Positions 1 to 12,430 of a stretch of DNA of 64,000 nucleotides are shown here, piece after piece (position 1 is the stretch's first letter; each line of letters begins with the position of its first letter). Both the position numbers and the translations under genes were made by a program. The notes under the pieces were generated by a model that did not search any database, had not been told where the DNA came from, and saw nothing but the letters and a program-made list of their open reading frames with translations. Source of the stretch: Lama glama (Eukaryota); the NCBI GenBank assembly GCA_028534125.1, contig CM052818.1, forward strand, positions 28,088,001-28,152,000. The letters run 5' to 3'.

Positions 1-237
1 AAGAGAAGGAGGTAATGTGACCACAGCTTCAGGGATAAGAATGAGGTGTTCAGTGGTCAAGGAATACCAGCAGCCATCAGAAGCTAGAAGAGGCAAGGAA
101 TGGGTTTTCCTACAGAGTGTCCAGAGAGTGGGCCTGATGACACCTTGCTTTTGAACTTTTGGGTCCTAGACTGTAAGAGAAAAAGTTTCTCTTGGTTTAT
201 GCCACCCCGTTTGTGGCAGCTGTAGGAAAGTAATACT
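1..237 (+). mobile_element. MaLR LTR 3' part (MLT1B/C-like)
   Basis: Typical MLT1 blocks: 'cagcagccatcagaagctagaagaggcaaggaa', 'gacaccttg...aacttttgg...tagactgtaagaga', ending 'gtaggaaagtaatac'. Confidence 0.85.
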
Positions 238-2424
238 GATAGATTTTAAGAAAAAAATCTGTCTTTCCCTCTAGTTTTGTCTTTTTTCTTATCCCTATTT
301 GTTTCTCTAGTTAGCTTTATTCTGCAGGTCAGTATATTTGTATGGCATCTGACAAAAGATGTAATAAGAAAAATGGACATTCAGCTTGAGTTTTTAATCC
401 CCCTCCCCTCAATTTTTTTTCCCCACCAATTTTGGTTCCCAGTCTTTGGAAAAATCATCATTACCATGAGGAGAGAGAGCATGATTTGTTCAACACGAGT
501 TACATAACTGTTCTTTTGAACAAGAAAGAAGCATCGGTGACTGCCAGATACTAATAATGCTACCTGAATAGTTCACAAAAAGAGGGAGAAGCTTTTCTGA
601 ACAGATAATACCAAATAAATGAAAAAATTCACTGTAGCTCATCCCTTTATTCTGCACAACACAGACACATACACACATACAAAATAACTTCACTATGTGG
701 AAAATGTTGAACTTTCATTCCAGAAACACTGTTTTTGTGTCACTTGCATCTCTTTCAGCAAAAAAAGCACCCAAAATTCTAGAGCCAGTGGATAGGTTCT
801 CCTCAGGGTCTGGCCTTTAATGATGACAAGGACAGCTCATTTTAAGAGCCGCCATGGATTTACCTCACTGAGGGCAGTGACAAACCTACTAGCCCAGACT
901 CTCAGTGTGCTTCATTGAGTGTCCCCAGAACTCTCCTAAACAAATATGCAAACTTGAATTATTTTCTGTAGCTATCTTCTGTGTCATGTTACATTTCCAG
1001 TCTCAGGGAAAACAGTGATGTCCAATTTTGAAAATCCACTTGTTTCAAAAAATGTTCCTGGATTAATCAATTGATGTTGTCTAAATAGTTTATTCTCAGA
1101 AGGGAGTGTATAATGTTGCTCTTCCAGCCCCTACCAAACATACATGGAGTTTTACATCACTGAATATGAAAAAATTCTTTGAGGTCCTGTAAGAAAAAAG
1201 AATTACATGTAAATTCTGGAATTTCTATTAAGTAAAATCCCAAGAAATCTAGGTATAATGCACAGGTACAGGGTTGAGGGTGAGACATTGATCAATCATT
1301 CTTTTAATTATTTTGTGTCATAATTGGCGTTCCCTAGTCATGATGTAGACTGAATGCAACAGTAGAGAGGTAGTAATGATTTATATATGTGTGTGTATAT
1401 ATATATGACCTATTATGCTTAGAAGCAGAAACAAACAAAAAAATCTGTAAAGCATAAGGATGGGATACATTGCACGGTTAACTGTCAGATAAAATTTTGT
1501 CTCAGACTTTGCTGTCTAGCAGCCAATTTTACATTCCAGAGGTGAACTCGTCAAAAATGGATAAATTTCATGCTTCACATAAACTACAGTGATGATTTCA
1601 GAGATCTGGAGAAAAGTCATATAACATTCTGAGATACACTTAGCAGATGAGAGAAATGATATACTGACGGCATCAATTGAACTGCAAGTTGTGTGTGAAG
1701 CAGCATAAAACATTAGTTTGGAATTTGATGTGCCAAAAATATGAAATTAAATATAATAATGAATAAATCTGAGAACCGTTACATCTTAAAAGCAATCCCC
1801 ACATTTTTCAACAAGAGAAATGATAGATCAGCATGTGACTTCTTTAGAAAGAGGTAACAATATTCTTGAATTCTCAGATCTGATAGATCAGCCAATTATG
1901 TAGAGAAAAAACCTATCCAAAGCTGATCAGTTATTAAAGGAAATGATTTTCACAGTAAAAAATTAACACAGCTACATTTAACAAATTTATGTTTCCAAAA
2001 ATATGACCCCCAAAGGAAAAAAAAAATTACTTACCTGGGGAAGAAGCTAGAATGATGAAAATTGGGTTCTTAACTTGATTTTAGACATGCTCAAAAATAA
2101 ATATATAATGATGTGGCATTAAAATCCTACAAAGAAATGTGTACCTTTATCTTTAGGCCCTTGTGTCTCGAACAGTGTCTAGAGCTTAATTTTTGTTATA
2201 GTGGAATTTAGTGCTGAATTTTGTAGGGACACGTAGAAGGTCAAAAGATTTGATTTGCCTACATTTTTCTCCTACTGTGGTTGATTGGATGGCTCTGCTT
2301 ATAATGTCTGTGAGATTTAAACTATGGATATTCAGTCCATGTGTTGAGTAATTTCAAGCATCAAAATTTAATTGGTGGAATGACTCACTTTTCACCTGGC
2401 TCTGTTCATTGGCATTGTATAAAT

Positions 2425-2666
2425 CAAGGGTTGGCACACCCTGGCCTATGGGTGAACTGTAGTCCATGGGTCAAATCTGACTTGAATCTTATTTTTGTTA
2501 ATAAAGTTTTATTGGAACACAGCCACACCCATTCATTTAGGCATTATTTATGACTGGTTTCTTGCTACTACGGCAGAAGTAGGTCCATGCACCTGAGACT
2601 AAACAGCCCACAAAGCTGAAAATATTTACTATATGGCTCTTTACAGAAACAATTTACAAGCTTATG
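2425..2666 (+). mobile_element. MER58A-like hAT-Charlie MITE
   Basis: Contains 'aataaagttttattggaacacagccacaccc' and 'aaaatatttactatatggctctttacagaaa'. Degenerate 8-bp TSD gtataaat (2417-2424) / ttctaaat (2667-2674). Confidence 0.9.
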
Positions 2667-3592
2667 TTCTAAATATAGTAAATTGCAAACATTTTGTTTG
2701 GTTCTCTTAAGTAATTTGAAATTCCTTTGGCCACTGAAATGCAAGTACATAATGATATTCAAAACAATCATAGAGACAGTTCAGGGATTTGTGTGTTGGT
2801 AATGAAGAAAAGTAAACTGTTATTCAGGAAAACACTTCAAATTAAGTACTGTTGAAAAGTCAGAGAAACAGAAGTATCTCAGAGCGAGTGTAGTTTCATC
2901 TGATCTATTAGTTAAGAGATTAAAAAAGACCAAACTTAGTTTCTTCCGCTCATTCTTGGGCCTGATCCTGGTTAAGCGATGGTTGTGAGTGCTGTATTTT
3001 CTTGAGTCACAGGTAAGAAGGCTTGGTCCTACCCTTTCAGAAGTAATACTGCTTCACTCTGTGTATCCCTCAGAGTAACAGATTGGTATGGGAGTTACGG
3101 AATTCTAGGTTAACCATGTTATTTTAGTCAATCCAATAACCAAATCAAAGTGATCTTACATGAATCTAATCAGTTGTTCATTGATGTGCAATTATAGTTT
3201 AAAAAAAAACAGAGTGACTAGAAAATCATTGATTTGCTTTGATTATGTCCACAGAAAAACTATAATCTCTTAAGCAGTTTTTTAAACATAATTCACAGAA
3301 TTACCTACCTGTAGTCATAATGCAAACATGGTAATAATATTCTACAATCTCAACTTCCGAAATATACCAAAGAGCAAAACAAGGGCAACTGTTTTTAAAA
3401 GAATATATTGAAAAATATCATCTTCAGGTGAAAATAGTGGAGTAAAAACTGCACTTAAGTAATGATTATAGATATATACAGTATAACTGCCCTTGGACAA
3501 CATTTTGACATTTTTTAATACTATGTGTGAAATAGCAAATAAAACTTTGTTGTAATAGAAACCAAAGGCTTTAGAGTTAAGACAACAACAGC

Positions 3593-3642
<50 letters not shown>

Positions 3643-3644
3643 AA
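3593..3644 (+). repeat. (TAA)n microsatellite followed by poly(A)
   Basis: Directly visible; explains the poly-Leu/Phe ORF 3342..3707. Confidence 0.97.
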
Positions 3645-3704
3645 ACAGACAAGCAAACTTGACTTAGAATCTCTGTTCCATCCTGGTGAAGTAACATTTG
3701 AAAT

Positions 3705-3978
3705 CATTAGTGATGTGGAGCTGGTTTAGACCCTTCTTCAATATTGAAGGGCTCATTCTCCCTTTCAACCCCCATGGAAGGAAAGTTGACAGATGTCAAC
3801 TGTCAGATCTCTCAAGAAATTGCCCTTAGCTAAAGAGAGCCACGTCTCCAAAATCACACCCTCTTTCCAGGACAGCCCCCATCCAGTGAGACTGGTTGAT
3901 AATTTGTATAAAGGACTGGACCCTTTGTCCCAAGTTGAGACAATTCTGAAGGGCTGTTCTGGCTTCAGAATGCCATAT
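3705..3978 (+). mobile_element. LTR16C-like ERVL LTR, 5' part
   Basis: Contains 'ttgcccttagctaaagagagccacgtctccaaaatcacaccc', TATAAA at 3907-3912, and 'cccaagttgagacaattctgaagggc'. Truncated against L1. Confidence 0.8.
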
Positions 3979-4422
3979 AAGATTTCTGTATATAGTATCT
4001 TGTCATGTGCAAGCAGTAACAGTTCTATTTTTTTCCTTTCCAATTTGGATTCCTTTTATTTCTTCTCTTGTCTGATTGCTGTGGCTAGGAATTTGAGCAA
4101 TATATTGACTAACAATGGTGAGAGTAGGCATCCTTGTCTTGTTCCTGATCTTAGAGGAAATGCTTTCAGATTTTCACTGTTGAGTATGATACTGGCTCTG
4201 GATTTGTCATATATGGCCTTTATTATTGCTGAGATACAGTCTCTGTGCCCACATTGTTCAGTTTTTAGCATCAATGAATGTTGAATTTTGTCAAAAGCTT
4301 TTTCTGCATCTGTTGAGATGATCATGTGGTTTTTATTCTTCAGTGGATTAATATGGTGTATCACATTGATTAATTTGCAAGTACTGATGTATCTTCATCC
4401 CTGGGATAAATATCACTAGATA
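3979..4422 (-). mobile_element. L1 ORF2 (reverse transcriptase) fragment
   Basis: ORF 4056..4364 reads [26 protein letters not shown]...[20 protein letters not shown], a canonical L1 RT segment. Confidence 0.97.
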
Positions 4423-4713
4423 AAGCCTGATGGAGAGCTCGGACCCCTTACTCCTTGAAGAAAACCTCTGCAGTTGTGATTATCCTCTTTTGTGTGGGTT
4501 GCCTACCCAGGGGTGTGGGTCTTCACTATACCATGTCTTTGTCCCCACCACCTGTCTCAGTATGGTTCCTTCTTTATATCTTTAGTTGCGGGAAATCTTT
4601 TCTGCTAGTCTTGAAGTCATTCTCACAGATAGCTGCTCCGTAAATAGTTGTACCCTTAGTGCCCTTGGGCGAGGAGGTGAGCTCAGGGTCTTGCTACTCT
4701 GCTATCCTTCTTG
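4423..4713 (-). mobile_element. L1 5' terminus (~290 bp of 5' UTR)
   Basis: 'ggaggtgagctcagggtcttgctactctgctatccttcttg' is the reverse complement of the laurasiatherian L1 start (caagatggcggagtag..gaccctgagctcacctcc). Confidence 0.75.
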
Positions 4714-5619
4714 CAACCCTCATGAGAATTTTAATTGGCATATACCTTATGTGGTTCAATAGTGGCCTTGACATGGCTGCTAAAAACAAACAAAACCTGT
4801 TGTGCAAGTAGAAACGTAGTATTTTCTGTTGATTTCCCATCGAGATTATTGTGTTCAGATTAGGTTATGACATTGAAACGGGTCTTTTAAAACCAGAAAA
4901 GAGAAAGTAGGATCCACAACTATCTGGAAACAACTTCACTGAGACAGCATGTGAATAATTTCTGTGGCAAAGTCCCTGAAAAAAAGCAGTTCATTATTAT
5001 AAAGGACTAAAATTGTTATTTTTGGTCATTAGCATTATTTTGTAATCAGCCATATTGGCTCTCTGGTGCTATATAATTTCACAGCCTGATGTAGTCTGTC
5101 TTCCAAATACGAAATTTGTAAGAAAAAAGTGAGGTCAGAACAATCAGCTAAACTACAAATAACTCTGTGGGCCAGATTGTTGGGCAGCCTTTCTTTTTAA
5201 AGTATAGAAACACTGAACAACCAGATTGTTCTGCCTGAGTGGATCTGTGTTTTTCCTGGCCTGACATTTTGTCCAGCTATGACCATTACATTGGCTTCTG
5301 ACTCTGTTCAGCTTAAACGTTGCTGAGTGTCGTGATTTTTCTTGAACTTTTAATAATTATCCTTTCTTTGATTCAGGAACATGTCATCTAAGCAAACTAG
5401 ATAAGAAACATGCATAACTGGGAATGTCATGGGATGATAAAATACAAAGGCAAAGTATGTTTCTGACCTGCAACTGAAGTCTTTGAATCTTGTGGATGGG
5501 ATGGTTTATTGATATCAGTATTCATTCTTCACTTACTCAATTTAAAAATAAGACCCTGACTCCTTCTGAGATGCACCCAGATAGTATTAGCAATTAGAAA
5601 CTGTAATCCCCAACGTCCT

Positions 5620-5856
5620 TCACAATCCGTTTTCAGTGCAGGAGGAAAAGTGGTATGTTCATTACTGGATCACGTTTTTAAAGAGAAAGCTGCTTGCCCT
5701 CCACTTCCTCTTTCCCTTTTCTGATCTCCCAGAAATAAATAAACTCAGAGAAAGAGACTATGTGTCAGGGATGAGAGTCATTCTTTAGACTTCCATCTTC
5801 CCTCAGTCATTGTATTTTTGGAAATCTCTTTGTTATAGCAGTTTAGTTTAAACCAT
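5620..5856 (+). mobile_element. Old MaLR LTR (MLT1H/I/J-like)
   Basis: 3' end 'cagtcattgtatttttggaaatctctttgttatagcagtttag'. Confidence 0.55.
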
Positions 5857-6269
5857 GCAAATAAATGAATCATATTAATCAACAAATACATGAAGAGAAG
5901 ATAGGAAGTACTGCTAACAGCAGCGGGGGCTGCTCATATCAGCCCTCGGAATCAAGAGTAAATGAGAGTGTTTTTCAGAAGTGTGGTGAGATGTGCACAA
6001 TATAAAAAGAGGCAAGAACCCAAAGGAAAATCTAAAGAAGTAAGAAAGCTTGGAACAAGGGATGGCAACAGGAGAAACATACAAAATTGATTCCATTATT
6101 TAAATACACAGCCAGTACTCCTGGCAATTTTATATGAACTCCTAATAGGAAAGGCCTGGACACCTCCACCTTAGTATAGGTGTTTGCCCTTAGACTTCCA
6201 GTCCATATTTCTTTATTCTTCTCCCAGTGTCAAACTCTAAGCTGTGACAATAAGTCATATAAAGGAGGG

Positions 6270-6490
6270 ACTCGTGGTAGAACCACTTAGACTTGATTCT
6301 GTTCCTTCACATACTTTTCCTTCACCTATGCTATTAGACTCTGATTTTTCAGTTTATTCTTATGTAAACAAGGATAATAACACCCACAAAAGAGAGTAAT
6401 ATAGGTTTAAATGAATAAAAATGACTAAAAGGCTTAGGACATTCCCTGGCACGTAAGAAATATGCATTTAAACAGTTTATTATTATTAAT
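6270..6490 (+). mobile_element. MIR SINE
   Basis: Core 'ttcagtttattcttatgtaaacaaggataataac...aaatgaataaa...aggcttaggacattccctggcacgtaag'. Confidence 0.7.
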
Positions 6491-8934
6491 GTATTATTAT
6501 TAATAATGAAACTGTAACTGATACCTGTTTTCTTCCATGACCAAAGATAATTGATATTATAATATCTGAATGTGGAAACACTTTATTGTAGGATTCCACC
6601 AGGGTAAGGAGGTGAGAAATACACAACTAGAAATAGAAACAGTGAGAAGGTTGAATCTGCTTTCCTATCTCCTAATGATTACTAACCCAAAGACATTTTT
6701 TAGTGTAGAAACTTGGAAGTCGATTCTCCAGAGTCCTTCATCCATGCAGAGTGCTGCGTGCTTTCTCTATTTTCAAGTCACAGTTTAATGTGGGTCAAGA
6801 TCCTGGTGTTTAATGATAAATGGCAGTGAGAATGGCCTCTCCAAATGACAATAAATTAATGGCAAAGACCACAGGTCTGCCTGAGTTGCTTACTAAGCTT
6901 TGAATATAGCAGAGAGCTTCCTGCATGTGCATTAGAGTTATTATAGATAGATTTTCCTGCACAAAGAGACCTCATGTTTATAGGTATTCATATGGAAGGA
7001 CCGTTTTAAGTTTTACGAACTTTAAATGAGATAGGTAGAGCTCCTGAAGAAAATAATGAATCACTGGAGCTGAACTTTAACATCTGATCAACATCTAATT
7101 AGTTGAATTAGAACCACTTTGTAAGAGAGTTAATCAGTTCTCTAGCTTTAGCTGCCCCAGTGCTTCTGAAATTTGCTGATGTTATCATTACATTGGAAGG
7201 AGACATTCTGCATTTTAATAAGAGCATTTCTTTTAAGACCTTAGTAGTACAACAGAGACGAGCATTAGGATTTATTTTTTTTTCCTTCCAAAGGAGGACT
7301 TTACCAGAACAAGATTTATGACTTTATCTGCACAATAGAATGAAATAATATATTAATCAAATGTAACTTTCTGGAGAGCTGCTTTCTAGACAACTGTGTC
7401 TAGTGCAGTACCTGGCATAGACTAGGAATGAACTAAACATTTATAACATTGTTCACATTAACGGTAATACAGTTACCTATTTAACCAAATAAGTAAGTGC
7501 AGTGAGTTGCTAACTACATAATGTAATATAAAGGCCTTCAGAAAAATGGTTTCCTCGCCCTGCAAAATATTTTTTTCATTAAAATTTTTTCATTAACTTA
7601 TCACTAAAGTAATCCTGTGACAAAAAGGGAAGAGATTGCAGTTTTTAGTTTAAGTATTATATACTAGTTTAAAGCATTGAAATATATATGTATTTTTGTG
7701 TCTTAATATCTCTTCTCTATGCTGTGTTATTGAATCATCCCCAAATGTCTATGTACCATGTCTAACATGGTCTTCATTGATTTTTAATTGGACTTTTCCA
7801 CATTATTTTGAGGTTATTATAATCTTCAAATATGAAATAGAAATATTAGTTCTCTGGCAACAATACTATGGTAACAATAATTCTTCATGTGACAAATAAT
7901 AGTAAACTTGCACTGTAATAATATCTAGTACTAAAGTCACTGAGCAGGGCAAACCCAGACCCTAAACTTTGATATGGGGACACTCTTTACCACACACCTT
8001 CCCTGCTGCCCACCTTCCCAGTGGACTCAACAGAAAAGCAAACATGATCCCCCTTATTCTACAGGTATAGCTTTTTGAGACTTGTATATTATTATCACTC
8101 ACTCTTCCTTCTACCTCAAACCATCTAGTTCATTAATACTCTCCATTCTACATCCACCTGAAAGTGTGATGTCAGTCAATGAAAGAGCAGGGAATTAGGG
8201 AAGAATTGAGGGGATTGATTAATCATATCATGTATGTTAAAGAATAAAAGCAGCAGTTGAGATTGAAAAGATTTCAAAAGCAACGCCCGTTGGCAATTGT
8301 AGTTTTTACTACTACTGAAGGCTTCCAGCCAAATGTAGCCCACTTTAACCTAGGACAACCACAAGAGACAAATATTTGCTAGGCATGAGAAATTGGGCTA
8401 GAACCAGTGTACATCCACTAGCCCTGCAGGTGTTAATCCAGCTAGTGAGATCAAAAAGATCGAACTGATCAGTAAGTATACATCGTGACTGAAAATGAGT
8501 CCAGGATAATTTAGCAGCAGTAAAAGTATTATGGGACCTATGGAAAGAAAATACTGCAGGATAAGGGAAATATATCATTCTGGCAGCTTGGAAGAATAGC
8601 AGAACCTGAACATTATTTATTTTAGGTATGAGCAAAAAAATATATAGAAGTCTCCTGGCATCTTCAAAAGAATGCCAGCACATAATATTTTTGTGAAACT
8701 AAAGAGGAGCATCAATAAAGGTAAAAAGGAATATGGATGAGAAAATGACAGATTGCAATGAAACACAAAATGCAGGAATACAATTAAAATCCACATTGGT
8801 GAGGTAAAGTAGAATTAACCTTGTGGGACATTTAACGGTGGGTTACTGAATGCACTAGAGGAGCTATCCTACAACTAAAAATGAGATGAAAATGATGATT
8901 CAGCAAATATTAGCTATGAAGTAGACATATGTCT

Positions 8935-9110
8935 TTAATAATAGTTAATGTTTAATGAGGGATTACTGTGTGACAGTGACTCTTCTTTGTATTCACAAGT
9001 ATTAAGTCATTTATTCCTGACAATCTGTATAATTTATTAAAAGGTTTAAGATTTTTAATAGCTCATTTCACAGATAAGGTAGCATCAGAAATTAAAAACA
9101 AGAGAAGGAT
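8935..9110 (-). mobile_element. MIR SINE
   Basis: 'aataatagttaatgtttaatgagggattactgtgtgacag...catttattcctgacaat...ctcatttcacagataagg'. Confidence 0.65.
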
Positions 9111-9139
9111 GGAAGCATGTCACAGGGTATATAACAGTC

Positions 9140-10005
9140 AACTTGGCAGAGCTCCTGGTGGCCAAAGCTGAACAATTTGAGCAACAAGATATTATTGGAT
9201 TATAACCTAAAATATAAAATAAATATACATAAATCCATATGATACAACTAAATGATTGAAGAGATATATTCATGTAGGAGAAGAGACAAACTTTATTTAT
9301 AGAAAAATTCCAAATAATTTATGTAGATTCCTACCCCTATCCCCAAACCCAAGGTGAGGCTTAATTTCCTTCCCTCTTCTCTCCCTGAGTGTGGGCTGCA
9401 CTTAGTGACTTACTTCCAAAGACTGACATATGGAAAGGGACATCTTTTACAGTGGAGAAAGCTTGGACATGTGACCAAGTATAACATCACCAGTAATAAG
9501 CCATGTCAAAGGTATGAACCCCTAAAAATAATATGATGAAAAGAGCATTTTCCTTCTGTGGTATTTTTCCCCCAAATCTGTAACCTCAGTATAGCCATGA
9601 GGAAAACATCACACAAAATCCAGATTGAGGGACATTCTGCAAAATATTTGACCAGTACTGCTCAAAATTACCAAGAGAATGAAAAACAAGGAAAAACTGA
9701 GAAACTGTAAAATATTGACGGGAACTAAGAAGATACAATGACTAAATGCAATATGGGATCCTGGCTTGAATCCTAGAACAGAAAAAAATTTGTTAAATGA
9801 GTATGTGAAATAGTAGTACATTTGGAATTTAGTTAATAGCAGCATACCAACACTGGCTTCTTAATCGTGACAAATGCAGCATTTTAATATGAGAAGTTAA
9901 CAACAGGGAAAACTGGGATGGGGTATATGGGAAATTTCTGTAGTTTCTTTACAACTTCATTGTATGTCTAAAACTATTCTAAAATTAAAACTTTATTGAA
10001 AAATA
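9140..10005 (+). mobile_element. L1MC3-like 3' UTR
   Basis: Contains 'ctggtggccaaagctg', 'gtgtgggctgcacttagtgacttacttccaaa', 'gggacattctgcaaaata..tgaccagtactgctcaaaa'; ends 'tctaaaactattctaaaattaaaact'. Confidence 0.9.
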
Positions 10006-10019
10006 TATATTAATCATGC

Positions 10020-10565
10020 TGTTTCCAGTATGAGTGACCTAAATAACTATAAATTTGTACAAAATTAGTAAGAAGTAAAGACCACCTGAAGGCACTAGAG
10101 AATGAACAAATACAAACAGATTTCAGAGGGGTATTGATGCTCGGACAGGGGAATGATCCAGGGTGTTACCCTTGTCTGCAGTTTTCAGCCTGAGGACAAA
10201 CCACAGACACAATGCATGGTGACAGACACTCCAATAGAAAACCCTCAGTGACTTCTTTCTGGCTTTACAGAACCAAAGGTCAAGGTTCAGGAAACCACAG
10301 TTGCTAGAATGTAATGGGAGACAGAGGATCCTAAAAAGTACAGAGCTGGAAGGAAAGCCCCCAATTTTTAATATAAACTCTGCCCAAATCTCTGGATGAA
10401 TTCTGAACCACACATGTAGGGAGACTCCCAACAGCCCACCTAAGGATAAAATAACAGAACCCTGATTCAAATTGACCTCAAAGAACAGTTTCTGTTTGAG
10501 TCCAGCTAAGTTAATTGCCTCCTAAAATGCCATTTTTCTTGAGAATAATAGAAAATCAACTTCTG
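10020..10565 (+). mobile_element. Old L1 5' region fragment
   Basis: 'cacctgaaggcactagagaatgaacaaa' and 'aaactctgcccaaatctctgg' resemble L1MD/L1ME 5' sequence. Confidence 0.5.
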
Positions 10566-10599
10566 GAGGGGGACAGGTCTACATATATTGTTTGAAATG

Positions 10600-10990
10600 A
10601 TTCTGGAAGAAAGGTTTGTCCATTTTATTATTTATCCTTTATATCTGGGTGGGCTCATATACATTTATTTTACACTTTGAGTTCAATTCAATACTATGCT
10701 ATTCATTTTGTTGCTCAAAATTTCCCAGCATTGCCTTTGGGAACTAAGTCCCTATGACATGTCTCCATTCTTTGGTTTCCTACTTTCTGGCATGACGTGA
10801 TATTCCTGGGTGGAGGGTATAGCTCAGTGGTAGAGCACATGCTTAGCATGCACAAAAGCCTGGATTCAATCCCCAGTACCTCCATTAAAACTAGATAAAT
10901 AAATAGATCTACTTTACTGCACTCACTTCCCTACCCCCCCAAAAAAGACAAGATGTTCCTTGCTCATCTTGTGTTTCCCCTGCCCCTATC
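10600..10990 (-). mobile_element. L1MC4-like 3' UTR fragment interrupted by a SINE
   Basis: 'attttgttgctcaaaatttcccagcattgcc...cctactttctggca' resumes after the SINE as 'acaagatgttccttgctcatcttgtgtttcccctgcccc'. Confidence 0.7.
10808..10946 (+). mobile_element. Vic-1-type tRNA-derived SINE (camelid)
   Basis: tRNA-like head with A box 'tagctcagtgg' and B box 'gattcaatccc', then an A-rich, C-rich and A tail. 14-bp TSD gacgtgatattcct (10794-10807) / gacaagatgttcct (10947-10960). Confidence 0.85.
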
Positions 10991-11229
10991 ATTTCAGTGT
11001 GGGCTGTATTCAGTAAGAATCGCAGAAAGATTTTTCAGGTAACCTGTAAAATCTATGGGGAAATAGATGTGCAATCATTTCTAAAAAAAACTTTTGTGGA
11101 AATGGTGGGGAGAGCAATTGCATGGGTTCATTGGAAGCAGGGAGACTTGTACCTAGTAACTAAATATATTGTGAATCTATAGTAAGTAATGTACTGTTAG
11201 CACTTACAGATAAACAAGTATAGCAATTT

Positions 11230-12430
11230 AAAATAGTATATAATTTAGAGCTTAGTAATTCATAAACATAAGGAAATTTAATATAAACACTGCACATAAT
11301 GTTAGTATGGAAAAGATGAATTAGTCAATAAATCATTTTAGGAAAATTGTCCCTCCATTAGAAAAGGTTAAGTTAGCTTATATTCTTAAAAAAATTCTAG
11401 ATATGTAAACAACTTAAAAATCTAATAATAAATAAAATATTAATATGAAAACCTTAAAAAATATACTTATAAAAAACACCCAAATGAATATGTAGGATAA
11501 TATGCTCATGGCTTTTATGGAAGGAAAGAACATCTAAAGAAAAAAAGGCTAAATTTATTTAACTACTTCAACATTTAAAATTTCTGTATGCAATATGTAA
11601 AGAAAATAACTGAAATATATATCAGATAAATTATTAGTGTGAAACATTTTACTAAAGGCAAATAATTCAATTTAAAAATAGGCAAAGTGTATGAATAAAC
11701 ATCTCAAACAAGACGCAGATGACAATGAAAATATGATCGAAACTTAGTAGTAATCATAATCCTGCTGATCATTACATCAGTGAGATACCACTTTTCAGTC
11801 CACCTGACTAGCAAAGGTTTCAGAGTCTGCCAGTTTGGGCAAGAACGTAGGATACTGGTGCTCGTATTCACAGCTGAGGGTGCAGTAAATTTACAGGTGA
11901 TTTGGAAGATTTTAGTAACTTTAGAAATAGATTTATACTATAACCTAGTAAAGTCATTTATGAACATCTATTCTAGATCTCAGGATAGAGTGCACAGGAA
12001 TGCAGGAACAAAGAAGTTAATTTGTAGTTCTTTTACTCTGGTAAAATATTTGAAATAGCCTAAAAAAGGAAATGACCCAGTAAACTCTGGTGTGATTGAT
12101 ACTGTGGAATACTTTGCAGCAATTAAAAAGAATAAAGAAGATTTGCATGTATTATCAAAGAAAGCTTTCCAAAACATACATTTTTGGGAAAACAGTTTCA
12201 GTAAAAGCAATATAATATAATTGATATAAAACGTGAACAATCACAGTGATAAAAATATGTCCTCTGACAGTATGTATAAATATACAGAGAGCACATAGAA
12301 AGAAAATATATAAACTTACATAACTAATTAAAGATTTAAGGGAGAAATTTTGAACTTAGGACTTGAACTTTTCTGACATGGCTTAGATTTTTAAAAGGAA
12401 AACATTAACACACTCCTTGTCAATTAAAAC
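11230..12430 (+). mobile_element. Degraded L1ME-like ORF2 end and 3' UTR
   Basis: 'aaaaataggcaaag..tatgaataaaca', 'gtgagataccactttt', 'gtggaatactttgcagcaattaaaaagaat'. Confidence 0.65.

Noticed and set aside
3793..4284. 163-aa ORF
   Set aside because: Chimeric read-through of LTR16C and antisense L1 ORF2. It starts upstream of the LTR TATA box and resembles no protein I recognise.
8560..8930. Possible HAL1/L1 ORF1-like remnant
   Set aside because: Only A-rich composition and vague similarity; I cannot support a family call.
10808..10885. tRNA-Ala-like gene
   Set aside because: It has a SINE tail and a TSD and interrupts an L1; it is a tRNA-derived SINE, not a tRNA gene.
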